This document shows positions 58,408-64,000 of a DNA stretch of 64,000 nt, one piece after another. Both the position numbers and the translations under genes were made by a program. The DNA is taken from positions 5,408,001 to 5,472,000 of the forward strand of contig OY969763.1 in NCBI GenBank assembly GCA_963702845.1. Direction: 5' to 3'. The notes beneath the pieces were generated by a model. It had not been told where the DNA came from, ran no database searches, and was given only the letters and a program-made list of their open reading frames with translations. The stretch is from an uncultured Verrucomicrobiae bacterium. GTDB lineage: Bacteria > Verrucomicrobiota > Verrucomicrobiia > Limisphaerales > Palsa-1400. How positions within the stretch are numbered: the first letter of the stretch is position 1; each line of letters starts with the position of its first letter.

Positions 58408-59448
58408 ATGAACGAAGCGCCTGACATCTTAGATCCGTTGCGTCAAGACGAACCAAAAAAGGAACGGTTCAAGTTTCGCCGCGTCAACGAAATCACCGGC
58501 GTGTTCGTTCTAGTCATCGTTGCGGTGCTGGTCGCCGCCATTGTTTGGGCGGACCGAAGCCAGCGCTGGTTCAAGAGTAATGTTACCTTGCGCATCGTTC
58601 TTCCCGAAAACGGCGCGGCCGGTATTCGGCAAGGTTCGGAAGTTTACTTTCTCGGCACGCTCGTCGGCTCCGTGTCTGATGTCATCGTCGCGCCCACAGG
58701 GCGGATGGAGGCCGAGACGCATATCCGGCACGACTTTTTTCGTTTCGTTCGCGAGGATTCGTCAGCGGTGGTCAAAAAGAAATTTGGCGTTGCTGGCGAT
58801 TCATTTTTTGAAATCACGCGGGGCGTGGGCAAGCCACTGCCTGAAGTTGATGCGTCCATCGTTTGCAACGAGCAGTTTCAAAATGCACTTGAATCCGCCA
58901 TCGAAGAAATCCGACGCGAAACGTTGCTCGTTTTGAAAAAAACCAGCACTGGCCTGGATACGTGGACCAAATTGGGAGCGGACCTGGTCGAAACGCGCAA
59001 GCACCTGGACCAACTCACCGTCCGTATGGAAAATATGGCCGCTGGAATCGAAGCGGGTAAAGGCACGGTGGGCAAATTGATTACCGACACCGCAGTTGTC
59101 GACGACGCTCAGGCTCTTCTCGCCCGCGCCAACGCCACCATGACCGAATTCCAAGGCATGCTGACAAATCTGAATGTAGCCGTGAAAAACGTAGAGAAAG
59201 GCACAGTGCGTTTGCCAGAAATTTCTGATGCTGTTGCAATCGATGCGAAAAGCCTCGCTGCACTTATTCTGCAGTCACACACCTCTATGCGCGAGTTCCA
59301 GCGTTTGACTGAAGCCGCGCAACACCATTGGCTCTTGCGCAAGTATGTCAACCAAACCAACCCGCCGTCCGATCGTCCGCTCGAAATTGGGGCGTCAGAA
59401 AAGAAACTGTTGAAAACGCTTCGTTCACCTAATCAGTCTCCGAACTAA
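58408..59448 (+). CDS. MlaD/MCE-family protein
   Basis: TM anchor; AAGIRQGSEVYFLGTLVGSV; GKGTVGKLI helical region. Confidence 0.9.
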   Translation: MNEAPDILDPLRQDEPKKERFKFRRVNEITGVFVLVIVAVLVAAIVWADRSQRWFKSNVTLRIVLPENGAAGIRQGSEVYFLGTLVGSVSDVIVAPTGRMEAETHIRHDFFRFVREDSSAVVKKKFGVAGDSFFEITRGVGKPLPEVDASIVCNEQFQNALESAIEEIRRETLLVLKKTSTGLDTWTKLGADLVETRKHLDQLTVRMENMAAGIEAGKGTVGKLITDTAVVDDAQALLARANATMTEFQGMLTNLNVAVKNVEKGTVRLPEISDAVAIDAKSLAALILQSHTSMREFQRLTEAAQHHWLLRKYVNQTNPPSDRPLEIGASEKKLLKTLRSPNQSPN

Positions 59449-59501
59449 GTTCGATTTGAAGCGGCGAGGAGGTTATAGCTGCCGGCTATCAAATAGGCGG
59501 T

Positions 59502-59544
59502 CGGGTTAGACCCCATAGCAGTGGGACAGTCAGCGACGTAACGT
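59502..59544 (+). promoter_or_regulatory. Island box plus -10
   Basis: CGGGTTAGACCCCAT, 22 bp, TAACGT. Confidence 0.75.
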
Positions 59545-59596
59545 AGCTTCGTATTACTAATCGGAATATCACAACAATCAATTGAAAGTAAATTTA

Positions 59597-60394
59597 ATGA
59601 CTATCACTTCACAGTATTCAAACAACGTCGCAGCAACAAAGAAGCAACGTTCCATCCACATACCTCTAGCGGCCGCGCTCCTTGCACTGCTTTGCAGCCC
59701 CTTTTTAGGAATCGCGGCACCCCACCAGCCTCCAACGGCTAAGCTGGCGCCAGTTCAGCTCGGCTCGGCGGGAAATTTCGCGATTCTTTCGAAATCAGGC
59801 ATTACCGACGTTCCTTCATCTGCGATTTTCGGAAACATTGGGACGAGTCCGATCACAGGCGCAGCCATTGGCGTCACTTGTCCAGAGGTTAGCGGTAGAA
59901 TCTACACAGTTGATGCAGCCGGCCCGGCCTGCAGGTTGGTAGCGCCAGTCTTATTGACGACGGCTATCGGCGACATGCAGACCGCGTATTCCGACGCTGC
60001 TGGACGAAAACTGCCCGACTTCACTGAACTCGGCGCAGGAAATATTAGCGGTTTGACACTTACTCCTGGCCTCTACAAATGGGGAACCGGAGTGCAAATC
60101 AACACTGACGTCACCCTCTCGGGCGGTAAAAACGACGTCTGGATTTTCCAGATCGCTCAAGGTCTTACCGTGGGTAATAACGTCACCGTTACGCTGGCCG
60201 GCGGTGCACAGGCCAAGAATATCTTCTGGCAGGTCGCTGGCGGAACGACACTCGGAACAACGGCAGACTTCAAGGGCGTCATTTTGTGCAAAACGTTGAT
60301 CGCGATGAACACACACGCGACGTTGATCGGCAGAGCCCTTGCTCAGACCGCAGTTACTTTGCAGATGAATGCGATTTCGACGCCTGCAAAATAA
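59597..60394 (+). CDS. DUF3494 ice-binding-like secreted protein
   Basis: VQLGSAGNFAILSKSGI, DMQTAYSDAAGR, LTPGLYKW, VWIFQI, AQAKNIFWQVAG, GRALAQTAVTL. Confidence 0.93.
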   Translation: MTITSQYSNNVAATKKQRSIHIPLAAALLALLCSPFLGIAAPHQPPTAKLAPVQLGSAGNFAILSKSGITDVPSSAIFGNIGTSPITGAAIGVTCPEVSGRIYTVDAAGPACRLVAPVLLTTAIGDMQTAYSDAAGRKLPDFTELGAGNISGLTLTPGLYKWGTGVQINTDVTLSGGKNDVWIFQIAQGLTVGNNVTVTLAGGAQAKNIFWQVAGGTTLGTTADFKGVILCKTLIAMNTHATLIGRALAQTAVTLQMNAISTPAK

Positions 60395-60454
60395 TAAAAT
60401 CCTCAAAAACGCAGATTCATTTCACTAAAAACTAAACAAGAAAATAAGATTATC

Positions 60455-61240
60455 ATGAAAATCAAATCAACAATCCCACTCGCGCTGATTGCAGCGACGA
60501 GTTCTTTATTGCTCGCGAACACTTCGGTGCGCGCCAACGAAACCGACGACCGCATTGTGTCCTCGGCAAAATCGTCCTACGTGTTCAAAACGTATCTGAA
60601 AGATGACTCCATCAAAACCAAGTCCAAAGATGGCGCGGTCACTTTGAGCGGCTCCGTCGCCGATGCGTCCCACAAGACGTTGGCCGAGAACACGGTCGAA
60701 AGTCTTCCCGGAGTCGTTAGCGTGAACAATCGCATCAAGGTCAAAGGTGAAAATCCGCCTGAACATTCTGATTCCTGGATCACGACAAAAGTGAAGTCAG
60801 TGCTGCTGTTCCATCGCAACGTCAGCTCCAGCGGAACCTCAGTTTCGACCAAAGATGGAGTCGTCACCTTGACGGGTGAAGCTTCCAGCATGGCCCAGAA
60901 AGAATTGACCACCGAATACGCCAGGGACATCGATAACGTCAAAGAAGTCGATAACCAGATGACCGTAGTCGCGACCCCAGCTAAGGCTGATGAAACTATT
61001 GGCGAAAAAATGGACGACGCGTCCATCACGGCTGAAGTCAAATCGACCTTGATGTCGCATCGCTCAACGAGTGCGATCAAGACCAAAGTCTCCACCACCG
61101 ACGGCGTGGTCACCTTGAGCGGCATCGCCAAAAACGACGCCGAGAAAGCTCTCGTCACCAAGCTCGTCACCGATATCAATGGTGTCACCAGCGTAGTCAA
61201 CAACATGACCGTCGAAGTCAAAGCCGCGTCAAACAACTAA
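60455..61240 (+). CDS. Triple BON-domain (OsmY-like) periplasmic protein
   Basis: Signal peptide; three D..IT..VKS.L...V.T.DGVVTL.G...V..V.N units. Confidence 0.93.
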   Translation: MKIKSTIPLALIAATSSLLLANTSVRANETDDRIVSSAKSSYVFKTYLKDDSIKTKSKDGAVTLSGSVADASHKTLAENTVESLPGVVSVNNRIKVKGENPPEHSDSWITTKVKSVLLFHRNVSSSGTSVSTKDGVVTLTGEASSMAQKELTTEYARDIDNVKEVDNQMTVVATPAKADETIGEKMDDASITAEVKSTLMSHRSTSAIKTKVSTTDGVVTLSGIAKNDAEKALVTKLVTDINGVTSVVNNMTVEVKAASNN

Positions 61241-61251
61241 CCAACCCGTGA

Positions 61252-61283
61252 CTGTCGGCTGGCGTGAGAGCGCCAGTCGGCAG
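61252..61283 (+). other. Intra-operon stem-loop
   Basis: CTGTCGGCTGGCG-tgagag-CGCCAGTCGGCAG. Confidence 0.55.
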
Positions 61284-61309
61284 GCATAAATAAAATCGAA
61301 AGAAACAAT

Positions 61310-61462
61310 ATGTTATACACAATTGCCGTCGTCTTGATCATCCTCTGGCTCCTCGGCCTCGTCACTGGCTACACCATGGGTTCATTCATTCACGTTCTCC
61401 TCGTCATTGCGGTCATCATGATTCTGGTGAATCTCATCTCTGGGAAGAAACGCCTCTTGTAA
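61310..61462 (+). CDS. lmo0937-family small membrane protein; absent from the ORF track
   Basis: MLYTIAVVLIILWLLGLVTGYTMGSFIHVLLVIAVIMILVNLISGKKRLL. Confidence 0.92.
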   Translation: MLYTIAVVLIILWLLGLVTGYTMGSFIHVLLVIAVIMILVNLISGKKRLL

Positions 61463-61501
61463 TTCGACTTCAACAAACAAATTCAAAATCGAAAGCTCAC
61501 T

Positions 61502-61708
61502 ATGAATAAAATATTTTCCTTGGCTATCCTTGCCGGCGGAATTGCCCTGATAATCGTAGGCATCAACGCCACAAACTCTTTCAGTTCAGATGTGTCCCGC
61601 TTCTTTACCGGTTCGCCGACAGACAAAGCCGTCTGGATGCTCATCGGCGGAATTGTCGCCACCCTGATCGGTTTTACGACGTTGATGCGCAATGCAAAGC
61701 AAACATAA
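61502..61708 (+). CDS. DUF3185-family small membrane protein
   Basis: SFSSDVSRFFTGSPTDKAVWMLIGG. Confidence 0.9.
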   Translation: MNKIFSLAILAGGIALIIVGINATNSFSSDVSRFFTGSPTDKAVWMLIGGIVATLIGFTTLMRNAKQT

Positions 61709-61720
61709 CCCGGAGATTGT

Positions 61721-61942
61721 ATGAAAACCGCTGCTTCAAGAACATTGCGGAGAGTGAAATCAGACGAAGTCGTCAGGCAGGGTGACTTCGTCGTGGCCGG
61801 AAATGGTTTCGAACCATGGGAAGGACCGAGCGGTTTCCGGGCCAATTCATTTTTAAAACCCATCTTCCGTGCGCTAGCCGTGCCTGCGGGCACGAGCGAG
61901 AAAACTAAGGAACCGGATCAAAATGTCCGCAAACGGCTGTAA
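61721..61942 (+). CDS. Conserved microprotein A (WEGP motif)
   Basis: Paralog of 12432-12617. Confidence 0.8.
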   Translation: MKTAASRTLRRVKSDEVVRQGDFVVAGNGFEPWEGPSGFRANSFLKPIFRALAVPAGTSEKTKEPDQNVRKRL

Positions 61943-61948
61943 ATAACT

Positions 61949-62125
61949 ATGAATCGCCTAAAGGTTTTTGGCTTAGCCTGCGTTCAATTGATCAAACAAG
62001 CCTGGCAACTTCCCCAGTCAATAGCGACTGCGTTCCGAGCGCGCCAGCAGGCGTTAGTGCTGGATGAACGCGAAGCCGAACGACTCGACCGGTTACGTAA
62101 CCCATCGAAGTACCTGGGGAGGTAA
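61949..62125 (+). CDS. Conserved microprotein B (58 aa); absent from the ORF track
   Basis: MNRLKVFGLACVQLIKQAWQLP...LDEREAERLDRLRNPSKYLGR; paralog of 12654-12830. Confidence 0.8.
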   Translation: MNRLKVFGLACVQLIKQAWQLPQSIATAFRARQQALVLDEREAERLDRLRNPSKYLGR

Positions 62126-62398
62126 TCATTTTTGATTTCACAGGGGCAAATTCCTCTTCTCATTTGTTCGCCGATTCCTTGCGTTTTAATCACACTGCGG
62201 AGTGATTGTTTTCTTTCAACTGTCCAGCAGCTGCTGAGGTGCAGCGCGTGGTCCTATAAGGACGGCGGCTCTGCGTATCAGGTAAACTCCCCATGCGGCG
62301 TTCGGCGACTTGCCTTGCATCGAGCGGCACAATGTGCGACTCTGTGCCTGCTGCCTCGGGATCTATGTTCCGGTTATCCGGCGGTGAACACGCTTTCT

Positions 62399-62857
62399 AT
62401 GAACAAAACCCTTCTTTACGTTGAAAACGATCCCGCTGATGTCATCGTTGTCCGCAAGGCGCTCCTTGGCTCTGATATCCCTTTCAATCTCCATGTCGTC
62501 GGCGAAGGCCTCCCCGCCATGGCTTATCTGAGCGGCAAAGGGATTTATTCGGATCGCGAGAATTTTCCTCTGCCCGACGTCCTGCTGTTAAATGTCCGCC
62601 CAGAGAACAAGCGGCCCTTTGAAGTTTTGGAAGGCGTGCGCGATGAAAAGCAGTTTCGCAATCTTCCCATCCTGGTTCAGTCGAATGGCTTTCGCGCGGG
62701 GGATATCAAGGACGCGACTGACTCAGGCGCGACAGCCTGTTTTCGCAAGACGGCCGATTGCGGCAAGCTCCTCGATTTTCTGCAAGCGAAGGTTCGCACT
62801 TACGCCATGCGCGACGCTTGCGCGGCCCGCGACCGCGCGACCCGGGCCAACGCCTAA
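62399..62857 (+). CDS. Atypical single-domain receiver (phospho-Asp replaced by Asn)
   Basis: LLYVEND...YLSGKGIYSDRENFPLPDVLLLNVRP. Confidence 0.8.
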   Translation: MNKTLLYVENDPADVIVVRKALLGSDIPFNLHVVGEGLPAMAYLSGKGIYSDRENFPLPDVLLLNVRPENKRPFEVLEGVRDEKQFRNLPILVQSNGFRAGDIKDATDSGATACFRKTADCGKLLDFLQAKVRTYAMRDACAARDRATRANA

Positions 62858-62881
62858 GTCACCCGCCCGATTTCGCTCGCA

Positions 62882-63337
62882 TCACTTGCATTTGAAGCCG
62901 GTGTCGAGAATCGGCAACTCCGCGAGCCGCCAATAACGGTCGAGCGCTTCGATCCCTTCGGACATTTCATCGACGCTCTGCGGTTTCTTGAAGACCGTGT
63001 TCACGTCGAGTTGATAGGCCTTCCTCACTTGTTCGGGCGCGGGATCATCGCTCAGCAGGATGGCAGGAATGACGTTACATATTGGATTTTTTCTCAGCCA
63101 TTGCATCACCTCGATCGCGGAGCGGACGGGCATGTCGAAATTCAAAACCAACCAACTTGGGAACGGATAGGCAAGTCGATCGCGGTATTTGCCCTTGGCC
63201 TGGAGGTATTCAATCACTTCGCCGCCGTCGAGGACGATGTGGAATCCAACGCCGCGCAATTTGAGGAAGGCAAGGTTGAAGACCTGCGCCTCTTCGACGC
63301 TTCGTTCGCCGACCAGAACAAAGACGCGCTTGTTCAT
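62882..63337 (-). CDS. Atypical single-domain receiver (phospho-Asp replaced by Asn)
   Basis: YLQAKGKYRDRLAYPFPSWLVLNFDMP...FKKP; acidic pocket degenerate. Confidence 0.8.
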   Translation of the reverse strand: MNKRVFVLVGERSVEEAQVFNLAFLKLRGVGFHIVLDGGEVIEYLQAKGKYRDRLAYPFPSWLVLNFDMPVRSAIEVMQWLRKNPICNVIPAILLSDDPAPEQVRKAYQLDVNTVFKKPQSVDEMSEGIEALDRYWRLAELPILDTGFKCK

Positions 63338-63551
63338 GTACTGAAAGCTCGGCTTTGCTATGGGTTGCGCAAGGGGGCTGACCCAGTTTTTTCGCAGCGG
63401 CAAATGGATAATGTCGACTGCCCGATCTGAACGCGAACGGTGACAATTAAGGGCTGCGCCTGCCTTGCGCAGAATGTATTCACCGACACGAGAAACCTCG
63501 TTGCGTAAAAGCGCGCTCGGACCGACCGTTCAAGGTGGCTTGAGCCACTCT

Positions 63552-64000
63552 ATGAAAGCTCAACGTCCTGTCATTCTACTTATCGAAGACGACCGGAACG
63601 ACCAGCTTTTGATTGAACACGCATTCAGGAGCATTGGCGTTGAAATGCCCATTCGCATCGTTGACAACGGACAGCAAGCGCTCGATTACTTGAACGGCGA
63701 TGGCAAATATCAGGATCGTGAGCGCTTCCCTTTTCCCACCACCATCATCACCGATTTGAAGATGCCGAAATTAGACGGGTTTGGGGTGCTGGAACGGCTG
63801 AAAGACAATCCGCACTGAGCTGTTATTCCGACGGTCGTCCTGTCCGCCTCGGCGGAATCTCGACGACATCAAGAAAGCCTACATGCTGGGCGCGTCGGCT
63901 TTTCACACCAAGCCGAACGAGACCGACGATTTGCGCGAGCTGCTGAGACGGTTCCACGATTATTGGTGCACAGTTGAAGTCCCGGAGTCCGACGTGCACG
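63552..64000 (+). pseudogene. Rcp1-like response regulator with an in-frame TGA (63816) and a frameshift (~63855); runs off the window
   Basis: LLIEDDRND, IITDLKMPKLDGF, NPH*AVIPTVVLSAS, DDIKKAYMLGASAFHTKP; close paralog of 35500-36018. Confidence 0.75.

Noticed and set aside
63816..63818. TGA recoding (Trp or Sec)
   Set aside because: Many genes here end in TGA and the same gene also has a frameshift; a TGG-to-TGA mutation or error is simpler

Overview
Accessory region of a moderately GC-rich bacterium; the protein families and A-rich, mostly SD-less starts suggest Verrucomicrobiota (inference). No rRNA, tRNA or CRISPR array was seen. (1) 31-6460 is a translationally coupled yeeA/MmeI-like methyltransferase, BrnT-like toxin, YeeB-like helicase and GIY-YIG/T5orf172 defence operon. 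The helicase carries an extra antitoxin-like N-terminus. (2) 7166-11287 is hrpA. (3) 11.4-17.7 kb is a mosaic of gene remnants (rapA start, terminase end, IS4 start), an integrase-less integron-like cassette array and mgtA. (4) 18.7-64 kb looks like a general-stress island. It encodes a giant Cys-rich repeat protein with an inserted propeller-like domain, GT4/GH130, an MlaA-hydrolase, a radical SAM enzyme, many signalling genes (including an RsbU_N-pseudokinase/CheBR/HK/NarL operon), ohr, a PUR protein, DUF6600 proteins, GH63, an SDR, MlaE/D, a DUF3494 protein, BON, lmo0937, DUF3185 and several microproteins. Many island promoters share an unannotated quasi-palindromic box (ATGGGGT-N4-ACCCCAT and variants) 21-23 bp upstream of a TAnnnT -10 element, pointing to an undescribed LuxR/NarL-type regulon. 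Several genes carry single-base frameshifts that are probably sequencing errors.
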